The notes beneath the pieces were generated by a model. The model was not told the origin of the DNA. It saw nothing but the letters and a program-made list of their open reading frames with translations, and searched no databases. Positions 51,219 through 63,115 of a stretch of DNA of 64,000 bases are shown here, piece after piece. The translations under genes and the position numbers were made by a program. This DNA comes from Tubiluchus corallicola. Lineage: Eukaryota; Animalia; Priapulida. The DNA lies in the NCBI GenBank assembly GCA_030141605.1, contig JAQGDQ010002373.1, positions 29,470-93,469 of the forward strand, read 5' to 3'. Each line of letters opens with the position of its first letter. Position 1 is the stretch's first letter.

Positions 51219-51285
51219 ATGAACCAGGCGCAGCTGTATATATAAGAAAGGCTGTTAAAACGACACTAGTAATATGAACTACCAT
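51219..51285 (-). CDS. CYB561D2: CYB561D2-like coding exon 1
   Basis: MVVHITSVVLTAFLIYTAAPGS; GTGAGT donor; in-frame stop upstream of the ATG. Confidence 0.85.
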
Positions 51286-51542
51286 TGTTGTTGCAAGTCC
51301 AAATTAATGAAAAAAAATCAAAAACAAACAATAACTCCTTCTCAACTACTCAACTGCAAGCCACGCCGCAACAATAGCGGGAATCAAGAAAAATTTAACA
51401 CAACATTTAAAGAGGTGTGTTAAAGAGTGCGTACATTGCCGCTCTATTAACTGCCTAATGTCTACAATAAACGTGACGGGCGTATGATATATATGATAAT
51501 TTGATATATATGTATATATATATATGATGAAAACGGTATGTA

Positions 51543-52040
51543 GTTCTGTCTTGGTGTCATTTACATTCATATTGAAATTTTTCGAACGGTTTATTGTATA
51601 TTCTTTCAAAGCCTCTACTTCACCAATACTTAGCAAACTACCAAGGTATTTACATTTATTCCAAGAAGTATCACCAAATACTGAAACTGACATAGCACGC
51701 AGAAAAATATTAACCTTGGCTGCATATTCTTAGAAGCATCTTATAAAATCCAAATCTCAACACAGAAACCATACTATGTATTTTCTCATCACTTGTACTA
51801 CCTGTATTCTGGTATAATTCTGAATTGTGGACACTCAAAGTTGCCCCGTCTTAGATGGATTGGATGTGTCATTTGATTACTACAGGATTCTCCACTTAAC
51901 TGTAGTATTACATCAAACATATGAATACCCGTGCAGAAACCAAGTGAAGATAGCTGACCATATATTGGATGTTCTAAAAAAGACCTATTGACTTAAGCAA
52001 CGTGAATACTTGGCATGTAGCAGCAGATTGGTGAACATGA
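51543..52040. mobile_element. Degenerate RTE/RTEX-like LINE fragment with inverted 5' part
   Basis: Plus strand TETDIARRK...VLPVFWYNSELWTL; minus strand CKYLGSLL and NMNVNDTKTE. Confidence 0.55.
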
Positions 52041-52296
52041 TATCAAATTATGAGTGGTGCTATGTTGAGTAATAGAAGCACTCAGATGATGACTCGAATA
52101 AGAATGCCATCTACAATAGACACAATGCTTTATGATGATGCTGATGAAAGCAGGATAAACAGCTGAGCAATATTCTAAGGCTCGGCCTGGTCGAGAAGTA
52201 AGGGAAAAACAATTGCATTAGGTTATTTGTAGCCCACTCTGCTTCTTTTCTTGACACGATGCAAGGATAATGTTAATTAAAATTAATTCCTTCAGG

Positions 52297-53004
52297 CAGT
52301 GGTGTAACGACCATTGGACAAGGCTGGACAAATACCAGGGGCCCCCAAGGTCTAGGGGCCCCCAAGCCTGACCCTAAAAACATACAAATTTACAGACAGG
52401 AAAATGCGTATTTATTTGGCATTAAATCGCCTACTAATGTTGGCAACCAAAGGGGAACTGACTTCCATTCTGAAGGGTTGCCAGTTGCCACTCTTAGGGA
52501 TTTTCCCCTAGATCTAGGGATCTGGACTGGGACCCTCCGAGGTCTAGGGGCCCCAAGTCTGACCCTAAAAAATGCACCTTACAAACATTACTAATTTGGT
52601 ATAAAAATGCCTAATAATTCTGCCAACCAACAGAGAGCCGACTTCAATAGACATCGGCTATATTATGGACATGTTTGCCTATATTATAGTCACTAAGGCT
52701 CGATCAGTAAAATTTATGTAGATCAATTTCATTCCCGGGATTTCTACTTGACATACACTGTGTTTGCATTACTTGTTGCCTTATTTCTATTTTGGTGTGT
52801 CTAGCGTATTTTTGTAAACAATTTGCAATGATAATAAAGTTCGATTTCGCTTTTCATTTAATAATTTTTTGTGTTTTATAATAATTGCATTACTTCAACA
52901 CTTTTTTTTTACAAAATGAAAAATATCGTCGACATGGGACCTTTGTCCAAGGACCCCCAGCCAAGACTTGTCCAAGGGCCCCCAGTTTAGTTGTTACGCC
53001 ACCG
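52297..53004. mobile_element. hAT-type MITE family F
   Basis: TIRs CAGTGGTGTAAC ... GTTACGCCACCG; TSD CCTTCAGG. Confidence 0.88.
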
Positions 53005-54062
53005 CCTTCAGGACCGTAGGATTTCTTACATTTGGCATTTGTTTATGAAAAAATGCTTTCACTAAGCAGCAGTTCAAACATGTTAAACACATGTAGGTTT
53101 CTACTCCTCATATGATAGACTTTCATGCAAAATTATGTAGTGCATTTGTTTGCCTTAGACAAATTAGAAATCAATTTTTGACGAAGAAAATCGGAAAGTT
53201 TTCGGAAACTATATCGTTTGCACCCTAACAATGTACAGTATCACTTGTATGCAATCAGTTAATGCAGAATTTCAACTATCCAGACACCAACTACCAAAGA
53301 CTGTCTAGGCTTTGTCCTCAAATCTACTCTGGATGAATTGCTGTCAGAAGATGAGGCAACCTTAATTTTTCTTTAGCTGATCAACTAGTTTTGCCTGGAG
53401 TAGCACCTGAACTCTGTAAAATCAGTCAGTTGCCGTGTCAACGCAGTCATTGTTTTAGTTTTTCTGCTGCCACATGTAGAATTAAGCACCAAAAATTATT
53501 GTGGTGAATTATATTAAAGATTTTCCTGCTTTGAACAGTTGTTATTCTTAGTAAAAATAAGATTTCAGGAAAAATTATAGATTTCAGTACAGTATCATAG
53601 GTATTTTGTGACTGCCACATGGAAGCTTGCACAATGAATAAATTTAGAAAATTACTGTGTGTTACAATAATTCTTAATAAAAATCTACTGTAATTAAACA
53701 AACTTTTGTAACTGCAATCAGACCGTAGGATTTCCTACATCGAGATGAAATTTTAACCTATGCCTAATGAGTGAATTTTCTGAAACATATTTACATTTCC
53801 TAGTACAATGTAGCATTGTATTTGTATGCTCCTTAATCAAGCACATTGGTGAAGGTGAACAACTTCTGCTCACATGTTTGCAAGGCTGCAAATTTTCTTA
53901 GCAAAGAATGCATTTAGATGACATCTTAGATGCACACTCTGTGAAGTTCTTAGGCTATGTAGGCAGCAACAGTGTTTAGTAGTTTCTCAAGGATATGTGC
54001 CTATATATGCAATTGGAGATAACACTAGTAAATTGCACTTTCAAACTTTTTCTAAATGTTTC

Positions 54063-54419
54063 TGTTGTGGAGATCGCTGGCATCTATTAGAATCACATAG
54101 AACATTGTAGAATGTTCCGTCACAATAATTGTCTTACCGTGTGGAATGCTCTGGAACAAAACTTCTAGAAGCTTCTCGGGCACGCTATATAAAGCGAAGC
54201 AGGCTGCTGAGACGAGAGCACACGGATTCACATGGATGCCACTTACACATTCTCTTGTATACTTACATTTTCAGATACACTCAAACGTTTTCCAGATTTT
54301 CCCGTTTAGTGTAAACATTTCGCGTTCCTTCATACTTTTGTTTTGTAGAATTCTCACTTAATAAACTAGTTGAATCTGTGTTTTCTCTACGAGCCTTCCG
54401 AGAGAAACAAAACACAACA
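54063..54419 (+). mobile_element. Solo LTR, same family as 48545
   Basis: TG...CA ends; 5-bp TSD GTTTC; TATATAA and AATAAA inside. Confidence 0.85.
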
Positions 54420-54643
54420 GTTTCTTCAACTTTACAGCAATTCATCATTTCAGATTGTCCACACAGTTCCTGCGTCTATTTCTTTTCCTTCCACAGTATA
54501 AATTTAAATTTCACTTTTAGCTGTATATTAAATTTTTGTGGAGTATTTTTCAGTGTTTTTCATGGCAAGTTGTCAGCATATTTTCTGCATATTCCAGTGC
54601 ATAAGTCGGAAGTGTGAACTCTATGAAAAGAAGGTAAATTACA

Positions 54644-54784
54644 ATGGCTGCTAGCAGTTGCCTTTTGCCTAAACTCACAACAAAAAAAGAAGTTGATGAT
54701 GCAATTATGTCAACGGAGGAGTTGGTTTTGGTTCTCCGTTTTGGCAAAGAATCGGATCCGGTCTGCTTACAGCTGGACAACATT
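54644..54784 (+). CDS. TXNL4B: Thioredoxin-like protein 4B (Dim2), coding exon 1
   Basis: LLPKLTTKKEVDDAI...VLVLRFG...DPVCLQLDNI; GTAAGT donor. Confidence 0.93.
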
Positions 54785-55059
54785 GTAAGTTTCTGTCAGT
54801 CATAATTAGCATTTGACTTTTTTTACAAAGATTGGATGCAGTTCGATTAAGCTAACTAGTAATCAAAGAATGTCTAGTTGTACTTTATTGGAGTTTTCTG
54901 TCCTTGTGTTAGTGTTAAGCATCATTCGTATAACTTTCAAGACATTTTTATTAGAGACAATTCTTTTAGTTAGAGATTCATATTTTTATTGTATCAAGGC
55001 AGAAATATGCTTAGCAACAGATTCTGTCTCTATGTTTGTAATCTGTGTCAGTAAAAAGT

Positions 55060-55461
55060 TGTTGTTGGCATTCTTCTGTCTCGGAAGACATTGGAGTGTG
55101 TGCCAAGAGAGTCAGTTATTGATCATCGTATGGAGCGATACGTTTGGCACCAGGTTGGCTGCAGGAGCTGCCGGAGACAGTGAGCATGCTGCACTGGTCC
55201 GCCTTCGGGGCTCCACTCCTGATTTGCAAGGTTTACTCCTCTACACATGGCCGTTGGGTCACTTGACCTCCTCCACCCTCTAGCCACAGGCTGCTTGTGC
55301 AACTCCTCCGCCTAGTGTCGAGATACAGTGTGGGCATCCCGCAAGCCTACAGCACCTGGTATTCCTAGGCGGTCACCCATCCAAGTACTAACCAGGCTCG
55401 ACATTGCTTAACTTCGGCGTTCAGACGAGAACCGGTGTTTTCAACGTGATATGGCCTTAGA
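55060..55461 (-). mobile_element. 5S-derived SINE with large internal deletion
   Basis: 5S head at ~55343-55461; probable TSD CAGTAAAAAGT at 55049-55059 and 55475-55485. Confidence 0.9.
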
Positions 55462-55548
55462 TTACAGTATATGGCAGTAAAAAGTACTGAACAGTATAAA
55501 ATGTGGCTATTGCTATAAACTTAAATGATACTAAACTTTACATTATAG

Positions 55549-55700
55549 TTGGAAAAGACAAGTGAAGCATTGCGCAACATGGCGCGTATATACACAGTAG
55601 AGGTGACAGCAGTTCCCGTTTACACACGGTATTTTGACATAACACTTATTCCAGCGACCGTGTTCTTCTTCAACACTGAACATATGAAAGTGGATTGGGG
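55549..55700 (+). CDS. TXNL4B: TXNL4B coding exon 2
   Basis: LEKTSEALRNMARIY...VYTRYFDITLIPATVFFFNTEHMKVDWG. Confidence 0.93.
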
Positions 55701-55956
55701 GTAAGTTCAATCTAAGTTAATTCTTCGTATGCTAGTAGGATAGTAAAACAAGCAACTGACCTAAATTGCAAAATGCTTGAAATTAATTAAATTCTGAGGA
55801 AGAAACAAATTCGACCTTTTTACGGCTTGGGTTTGCTTGCCATAAACCAAAGTTGCTGTACAATGAAACAAGCCCATGTAAAATTGTTAAAAAATTAATG
55901 ATTTTGTTGATTTATTTTGATACTATTTTTTTATAAAGCTATTATTACTAATTATA

Positions 55957-56713
55957 CTAGCAAAGACCCCGCAAAAAATTTTGCATATAAATACATGTAT
56001 AATCAAAAATACGCGAACATCCTAAATAGTCCTCATTTATAACGCAAAGCCAGTAGCAGCAGCTTTTTCTGAATTAAAGCTATAGGCAGAGTATAATGGA
56101 TGACGTCAGAACAATGGTTTTGCGTCAGCAGTTTTCCGAAAAAGCGAATATTGTCAAAAATAGAACATGCAATTAACAGTATTAACTCATCGGTACTGCT
56201 TTTGGTGGACGTGTCCTAAAATATAGCCCACATCATCGTGTAGCCCTGTGTCCTTCCTCTTTCTAAAGAGCTACATATCTCCTTTCGAGAGTCCCACCAG
56301 GCGCCGCTAGAAGGTTTTTTCTGCATGCTGTTAGGTCAAAATTTCGAAAAAATCGCGAGTTGGGTCCAGGAAAACGCCCGTTACGGGACGCCGTGACCCT
56401 CTCGCAAATTCTAAATATGCCTATGACACCCACTGCTGAACGGGCTATCTATCCATAGCCAGCACCACCCTCGGCCCGTTCCCGTTCTCCAGATCTCAGA
56501 CGTATAACTTTCGCAAAAAACGGCCAGAAATGGCCATTTTTGGAGGTTTTTTGCCACCAGTTCGTCCCGATTAAAAATATAAAGCCCCAATGGCACGACA
56601 CTGGATTGAGACCTTTCGTTTGATGTATAGATCGCCGCAAATGATGCCGTCGTCGAAGCTGTAGCCTCGAATCTTATATATATATAACATACCAGTAGAA
56701 TTAATATATACGA
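55957..56713 (-). mobile_element. Non-autonomous Helitron, copy A
   Basis: Minus strand starts TC and ends with a GCAAAA..TTTTGC hairpin then CTAG; host A/T target; no TSD. Confidence 0.75.
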
Positions 56714-57399
56714 CTAGCAAAGGCCCCGCAAAAAATTTTGCTTATAAATACGCGTATAATCAACAATGCACGAACGTCTTACCTAGTGTTTGTTTACTTA
56801 CCTAACGCAAAGCCAGCAGCAATTAAAGCTATAAGTTTATAAGCTGAGTTTAATGGATGACGTCAGAACAATGGCTTTGCGTCAGCAGTTTTCCAAGTGA
56901 AAATTGCCGAAAATAGAACATCTAATTAACTCGTCGGCACTCCACTTGGTGGACGTGTTCTAACATATAGCCCAGATCATCGTGTAGCCCTGTTCTTCCT
57001 CGTTCTAAAGAAATCTTATATAAATCTTATATATATATTGTTCGGAAGATTTCTCTCTGCTTGGCCTTTAATCTAAAGTTGTACTTATTTAGAATTGCCT
57101 GTAAAACTTGGCTTCGTTATATGCATTTAGTAGGTCAACCAATCAGAATTGAGCACGTTTTTTAGTCTACTCATTGGAAGCGAAGAAATCGCCACGTATT
57201 TGATTTGTTCTGTAATATTGAATTTAAAATAAAAGTTTTTGGGATTTACTTCAAAACAACTGGTAGCAGAGAGTAGTTACGCAGTGAAACTCGTCTGCGG
57301 TAATTTATGCTGTGAAACTCGTCTGCAGTAAATATCGTTATCGTATTCGTCGTACTACATGTATCGGGTTTCATTTGACTTCATCGTATCGCCATAGCC

Positions 57400-60300
57400 A
57401 TGAGTCAGCAGCAACAATCGGCTGGAAAGGATAACGACGGGGTACGTAGCGCTAAAATTATCAACACTAGTCGGCAGGAGTTAAAAGCAGAAAAAGCTAG
57501 CGCCAAATCTGCACTTACGAAGTTAAAAAATAAACTACTGCAATTAATCTGTCAAGAAGTCCACCAGGACGAATGGGAAACACGTCAGAACATTTTAGAT
57601 TTATTTGATAAGATAGACGAGGCGCAAAGTAGAGCAATGTCGGTAGTGGAGAATTTACTGGAAAATTACCTGACAGATGAGACAGGGGGTCAAAAGATAG
57701 AAGAATGCATAGACGAGGTCATTGACGAATTGGAGAAGTTGTCTGACGAGTACGCGACAGTATACAGTAAAGCACAGGCCTACCTGCAAACCTTAAAACT
57801 GGGACATGGAGGCGGATCTACTGCTACAGCAAGGGCGTCAGCAAACATCGAATCTGACAACATGCATTCACCATGGGCTACGCCACCTGCAAAACCTCTC
57901 GGGAGTGATATCCCTACAACGTCTGCTACTGAACATTATAACGTAAAAGCTGAACTATACGAGGAAGCTCACTTCGATTCTGAGCAGCGAGAATTTAGCA
58001 ACACATCATGGACCCGCCATCAACCAGCTGATCGGTACAACACAGCAGCTACCGTGCAGCGTGAGGACGTTTCCATAGGTGTTGATATGTGGAGGCAATT
58101 AAAGAGAGTTTCCATCCCGGTTTTTAATGGAGACAAAAAGAGCTACGAAAATTGGAAAGCAGCGTTTTGTGCTTGTATAGATTCAGCGCCAGCGACAGCA
58201 GAGTATAAACTTTTGCAACTTAGACAGTATTTATCCGGTGAGGCGTTGAAGGTCATTGAGAATTTGGGACATTCGGCAGTTGCATACCAAGCTGCTAAAG
58301 AGAGATTAGATAGAAAATATGGCGGTCGTCGACGACAGGTGGCGCTGCAATTAGAAGAACTGGAAAGATTTAGGCCAATTCGAACTGAGCACGCTAAAGA
58401 AATAGAAAAATTCGCGGATTTATTGGACTTGACCGTAGTAAATTTACAAGAGGCTGGTCGACACGAAGAATTAGGTAATGGATCACTTTACGCAAAATTA
58501 AAGAAGAAAATGCCAGAAAGCATGCTGGCTCAATTCCAGCGTTGGTTATTCGAGAAACGTCGGGCAGAAAATGTTATTTCGCTAAGAGAATGGATAATTC
58601 GCGAGGCAGAGTTTTACACAATAGCACACGAGACAGTTTATGGTTTAGGGGCCAGCAATTTGGACACAAAACCAAAACCGAGATCGTACTTTGGGACAAC
58701 AGGTGATAACCAAGAAGCTGCAGTTTCCAGAAGTAGTCAATCACAAAGATTATGCAAAGTTTGCAATGGGCCTCACGGTGTTTGGAGGTGTGATGAGTTT
58801 CGCAAGATGAGCATTCCACAAAGATGGGACTCTGCAAAGCGGTTGAACTTATGCTATCGCTGTCTGGGGTCAGATCACCAAGGTCAAACCTGTCCACGTA
58901 GCAGAGTTTGTGGCATAGACAGCTGCAAATACAATCATAACAGATTTCTACATTCGTCAAAAGAAGTTAGAGAAAATAATTCGCATTTAGCCGCGACCAA
59001 CAAGAACTACAACAATGCTGTTGGTTCTACACCGTCATCAATCAAACCTGCAGCTGAAGATGGTTCATCGCATCGCAGTAGCACATCGACCATACCACCT
59101 GACAAACAAAATTCGGCTGTGACAATGACATCTGGCAATCCCAAGATAGTTGAAAAAATTATGTTGCGAACTATACCAATAATCGTGAAAAATGGAAATC
59201 GTAAATTGACAATCAACGCATTATTAGATGATGCCAGCACAAGATCGTACATCAACTCGGATGTAGCAGCAGAGTTAGGACTTGAGGGTGAGACTCAGCA
59301 GATTAACGTCAACGTTTTAAATGGGCAAACAAAAGTTTTCGAAACAAGACCTGTAACATTTAATCTACAGAGTGTCAACGGCCAGCTGGACATGAAATTC
59401 AGCGCATTAACGGCTGAAAGAGTTACCGGAAATTTGAATGTAATAAACTGGAATGAATGCAGTCACAAGTGGGACCATTTGAAAGCTATTGAATTTCCAA
59501 AACTAGGACGTCGCCTCATCGTAGACATGTTGATTGGCAGCGATTACACCGATTTACATTATTCGTACAGAGATGTTCGTGGAAAGCCAGGGGAGCCAAT
59601 AGCTAGATTAACTCCACTCGGATGGACATGTATAGGACAACCAAATGATTGCGACAGTTATCGTGTTCGCACCAATTTCGTTCACACGTATTTTTCGGCT
59701 GAAGCTAGTGAAATTCGGCTTGATGAGATGTTGCAACAATTTTGGCAGATAGATTCAGCTGGCACGATGCCAAGTTGCCGCATTCTGGATATTGATGCAG
59801 AGAACGCTTTAGCTAAAGTAGAGAAATCCATGAAAATGACGGATGGACATTATGAGGTTTGCATACCATGGAAAGATAATTCAGTTGAGCTGCCTAGTGC
59901 GAAATTGAGCTACGAAAAGGCACTGAAAAGACTACAGAGCACCGAAAAACGTCTACTAAAAAATCCAGAAGTGGCAAAAATATACGAAGATAATATTCAG
60001 CAGTATGTGAAGAAAGGCTACATACGTCAAGTGACATCATTAGAAGATCAGCAATGCGGACGATGGTTTTTACCCCATTTTCCAATAATCAGACCAGATA
60101 GAGAGACAACAAAAGTACGCATGGTGTTTGATTCGTCAGAAGAATGCGATGGAGTCTCGCTGAATGATGTCATTAGTCCCGGACCAAAGCTGCAGAGAGA
60201 TTTATTCGATGTCTTGCTTCGTTTTCGTAAAAATCCTGTAGCATTGGTATCGGACATTGCAGATATGTACTTGATGATTAAAATTGTTCCTGAGGACAGG

Positions 60301-62094
60301 GTTTACCATAGATTTCTCTGGAGGAATTTCGAAAACAGACAGCCTGACCAATATGAATTCGAAAGGGTCGTTTTTGGGGTAAATGCATCACCATTTCTTG
60401 CACAATTTGTGACGCGGAAGCATGCAGAAAAATTTCAATTGCAGTATCCAATGGCTACAGAAACCATACTCTACTCGACGTATATGGACGATAGCATGGA
60501 TTCAGCCATCGACGATGAACAAGGCATAGAGCTCTACAGTCAGTTGTCCGGTCTTTGGGAAAAGGCTGGCATGCGAGCTCGTAAATGGTTATCAAATTCA
60601 CCTGTAGTGTTAGCCGAGATACCACAAGAGGAGAGAGCATCAGAAATTAACTTAGATGAAGGACTTCTTCCGAGTATAAAAACACTTGGAGTACTGTGGC
60701 TGGCAAAGGAAGATGTTTTCACCTTCAAACCAAAATCCATGGACATCGACAATTTCTTATTTACCAAGCGTAATATACTGAGGAAGTTCGCTACAATATT
60801 TGATCCATTGGGATTTCTGGCAGCATTTCTCGTTCGAGGGAAAATTATCATGCAGGAAATGTGGACAGCCGGTTTAGGATGGGACGACGAGCTTGACGAA
60901 AACTTGCAATGGAAAGCCAAAATGTGGTTTACAGAATTGATCGAGATGCCAGAAATTCATATTCCGAGATGTTTGGTCACGGAGGGGGGTACAGATTCAT
61001 GCACACTGCACACATTCGTAGATGCATCGCAAGAAGCCTATGCAGCAGTTAGCTATCTACGTTGTACCTATCCTGATGGAACTATATCGTGTCGACTCAT
61101 CGCAGCAAAGTCTCGTGTAGCCCCTCTGATTGCAATTAGTATTCCACGACTAGAAATGATGGCTGCAATACTGGGGCTAAGGCTTACGGACCACATAGCT
61201 GGTGCACTAAACATGGAACTAAAAAATGCAATTTTTTGGTGTGATAGTATGAACGTTTTATGGTGGATAAGGAGTAGAAGTCGCACACTGAAACCGTTCA
61301 TCGCTAATCGTATAGGCGAAATTCAGAGTCAAACATTTCCACATCAATGGCGGCATGTCACATCAAAAGAGAATGCTGCTGATGCTGTGACTAGAGGGAA
61401 AACTGCAAATCAACTTATTAATGATGAAAAATGGTGGAGAGGACCGAAATTCCTTCACAAGAACGAGCAAGAATGGCCATCTAAAATTATAGAATTTCAG
61501 CAAATGGATGACGCAGAACTTAGAAAGCCAACAAAAATTAGACATGTATCTAATCGTGAAACTGCTGAAACTTACATTACTGGACCAATACAAAACCAGG
61601 ATGACAATTGGCGTCTAAAACCTGAGCGGTTTTCCAGTTGGTTACGACTGATTCGAGTACAAGCATGGGTACATCGTTTTCTAGAAAACTGTCGTGATTC
61701 AAAACTGCACAAGAAGTTTGGAGAATTAGAGCCAGACGAATTGCAAGACGTTGAGATAAGCATTGTACGAAACATGCAACGTGAAGCCTTTTCACTGGAA
61801 TACAAATTACTCCAGAATAACCAACAGTTGCCGAAGAATAGCAATTTATTAAAGCTGCAACCTAGATTAGACGAGGATGGAGTTATTCGCAGCGAAGGAC
61901 GTCTCATTCACGCAGAATACTTATCGTACGATGCACGCCATCCGATCATTCTGCCTAAGAATAACTGGGTAACCAAGTTGATAATTGGACATCATCATGA
62001 AAAAGCTCATCATGCAATAGGGGTGAATCAGACTCTTGCTTCACTGTCAGCTCGATATTGGGATCTCTGGCAGGGAAGAAATCAGAAAATTTGA
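57400..62094 (+). CDS. BEL/Pao gag-pol polyprotein (Gag Cys/His knuckles, protease, reverse transcriptase, RNase H)
   Basis: Three Cys/His knuckles, ALLDDAS, FLPHFPI, YMDD, FDPLG, LHTFVDAS, IPRLE, WCDS, ENAAD. Confidence 0.93.
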   Translation: MSQQQQSAGKDNDGVRSAKIINTSRQELKAEKASAKSALTKLKNKLLQLICQEVHQDEWETRQNILDLFDKIDEAQSRAMSVVENLLENYLTDETGGQKIEECIDEVIDELEKLSDEYATVYSKAQAYLQTLKLGHGGGSTATARASANIESDNMHSPWATPPAKPLGSDIPTTSATEHYNVKAELYEEAHFDSEQREFSNTSWTRHQPADRYNTAATVQREDVSIGVDMWRQLKRVSIPVFNGDKKSYENWKAAFCACIDSAPATAEYKLLQLRQYLSGEALKVIENLGHSAVAYQAAKERLDRKYGGRRRQVALQLEELERFRPIRTEHAKEIEKFADLLDLTVVNLQEAGRHEELGNGSLYAKLKKKMPESMLAQFQRWLFEKRRAENVISLREWIIREAEFYTIAHETVYGLGASNLDTKPKPRSYFGTTGDNQEAAVSRSSQSQRLCKVCNGPHGVWRCDEFRKMSIPQRWDSAKRLNLCYRCLGSDHQGQTCPRSRVCGIDSCKYNHNRFLHSSKEVRENNSHLAATNKNYNNAVGSTPSSIKPAAEDGSSHRSSTSTIPPDKQNSAVTMTSGNPKIVEKIMLRTIPIIVKNGNRKLTINALLDDASTRSYINSDVAAELGLEGETQQINVNVLNGQTKVFETRPVTFNLQSVNGQLDMKFSALTAERVTGNLNVINWNECSHKWDHLKAIEFPKLGRRLIVDMLIGSDYTDLHYSYRDVRGKPGEPIARLTPLGWTCIGQPNDCDSYRVRTNFVHTYFSAEASEIRLDEMLQQFWQIDSAGTMPSCRILDIDAENALAKVEKSMKMTDGHYEVCIPWKDNSVELPSAKLSYEKALKRLQSTEKRLLKNPEVAKIYEDNIQQYVKKGYIRQVTSLEDQQCGRWFLPHFPIIRPDRETTKVRMVFDSSEECDGVSLNDVISPGPKLQRDLFDVLLRFRKNPVALVSDIADMYLMIKIVPEDRVYHRFLWRNFENRQPDQYEFERVVFGVNASPFLAQFVTRKHAEKFQLQYPMATETILYSTYMDDSMDSAIDDEQGIELYSQLSGLWEKAGMRARKWLSNSPVVLAEIPQEERASEINLDEGLLPSIKTLGVLWLAKEDVFTFKPKSMDIDNFLFTKRNILRKFATIFDPLGFLAAFLVRGKIIMQEMWTAGLGWDDELDENLQWKAKMWFTELIEMPEIHIPRCLVTEGGTDSCTLHTFVDASQEAYAAVSYLRCTYPDGTISCRLIAAKSRVAPLIAISIPRLEMMAAILGLRLTDHIAGALNMELKNAIFWCDSMNVLWWIRSRSRTLKPFIANRIGEIQSQTFPHQWRHVTSKENAADAVTRGKTANQLINDEKWWRGPKFLHKNEQEWPSKIIEFQQMDDAELRKPTKIRHVSNRETAETYITGPIQNQDDNWRLKPERFSSWLRLIRVQAWVHRFLENCRDSKLHKKFGELEPDELQDVEISIVRNMQREAFSLEYKLLQNNQQLPKNSNLLKLQPRLDEDGVIRSEGRLIHAEYLSYDARHPIILPKNNWVTKLIIGHHHEKAHHAIGVNQTLASLSARYWDLWQGRNQKI

Positions 62095-63115
62095 GAAAGA
62101 ATGTGCAAAATGCCGTCAGCAGAAAGCTCAAACTGCAACGCAAGTGATGGCACCAATTCCAGAGATCAGAGTGAAACTGCCTTTACGAGCTTTTGCTAGG
62201 ACAGCAGTGGATTTTGCTGGACCTTCTATTACAGTTCAAGGAAGAGGAAAACGTCGACAGAAACGCTATCTTTGCCTCTTCACTTGTATGACATCGCGGG
62301 CAGTGCATTTAGAGATAGCCTTTGGCCTTGACACTGATTCGTACTTAAACGCCTTTTATCGCATGGTCAATCGCAGAGGTTTGCCAACTGAGATGCTTTC
62401 TGACAACGGTTTAAACTTCGTAGGAGCGAACAATGAACTACAAAGTCTATTAGCGAAATTAGACGAAGAGAAGATTCAACGGACATCTGCAAACCAAGGT
62501 ATCAAGTGGCATTTTAACCCACCATTAGCACCACATTTTGGAGGAGCCTATGAAATAATGGTAAAAGCCGCAAAACGAGCCATATTCGCTATTCTCGGAA
62601 ACGCTGACGTCACGGATGAAGAACTCATGACAGCATTTACCGGAGCAGAAGCACTATTAAATTCGAGACCATTGACGTACCAAACAGCAGATGAGAAAGA
62701 TGACATTCCCTTGACGCCAAACCATTTTTTATTTGGGCAAGTTGGTGGACAATTCGCGCCCGAATCAGTGGATAACACAGACTTTAATCCTAGAAAGCGT
62801 TGGAGGCGTGTCCAAGAATTAATACGTCACTTTTGGAAAAGATGGATGCGAGAGTGGCTTCCAGGACTCAACAGACGCAGTAAATGGAATCGTGTGCAGA
62901 GAGACATTCAAGTAAACGACATCGTACTTGTTATATCTCCAAATACACCTAGGGGACAGTGGCCTATGGGACGCATACTAGAAGTCTACCCTGGTAGCGA
63001 CGGGCACACTCGAGTTGCAAAACTGAAGATTGGCAATAGTGAACTTGCACGACCAATCACCAAACTCTGTCCACTGGAGTTCATTGAGGAAGAGAAACCC
63101 GACAATCAAAAGTGA
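62036..63115 (+). CDS. BEL/Pao integrase, continuing the polyprotein after a frameshift near 62060
   Basis: CAKC, VDFAGP, RAVHLE, SDNGLNF, GGAYE, LNSRPL, LTPNHFL, RPITKLCPL. Confidence 0.92.
   Translation: MLHCQLDIGISGREEIRKFEKECAKCRQQKAQTATQVMAPIPEIRVKLPLRAFARTAVDFAGPSITVQGRGKRRQKRYLCLFTCMTSRAVHLEIAFGLDTDSYLNAFYRMVNRRGLPTEMLSDNGLNFVGANNELQSLLAKLDEEKIQRTSANQGIKWHFNPPLAPHFGGAYEIMVKAAKRAIFAILGNADVTDEELMTAFTGAEALLNSRPLTYQTADEKDDIPLTPNHFLFGQVGGQFAPESVDNTDFNPRKRWRRVQELIRHFWKRWMREWLPGLNRRSKWNRVQRDIQVNDIVLVISPNTPRGQWPMGRILEVYPGSDGHTRVAKLKIGNSELARPITKLCPLEFIEEEKPDNQK

Noticed and set aside
58574-62778. Minus-strand ORFs inside the BEL element
   Set aside because: Antisense shadows of a long coding region with no recognisable motifs.
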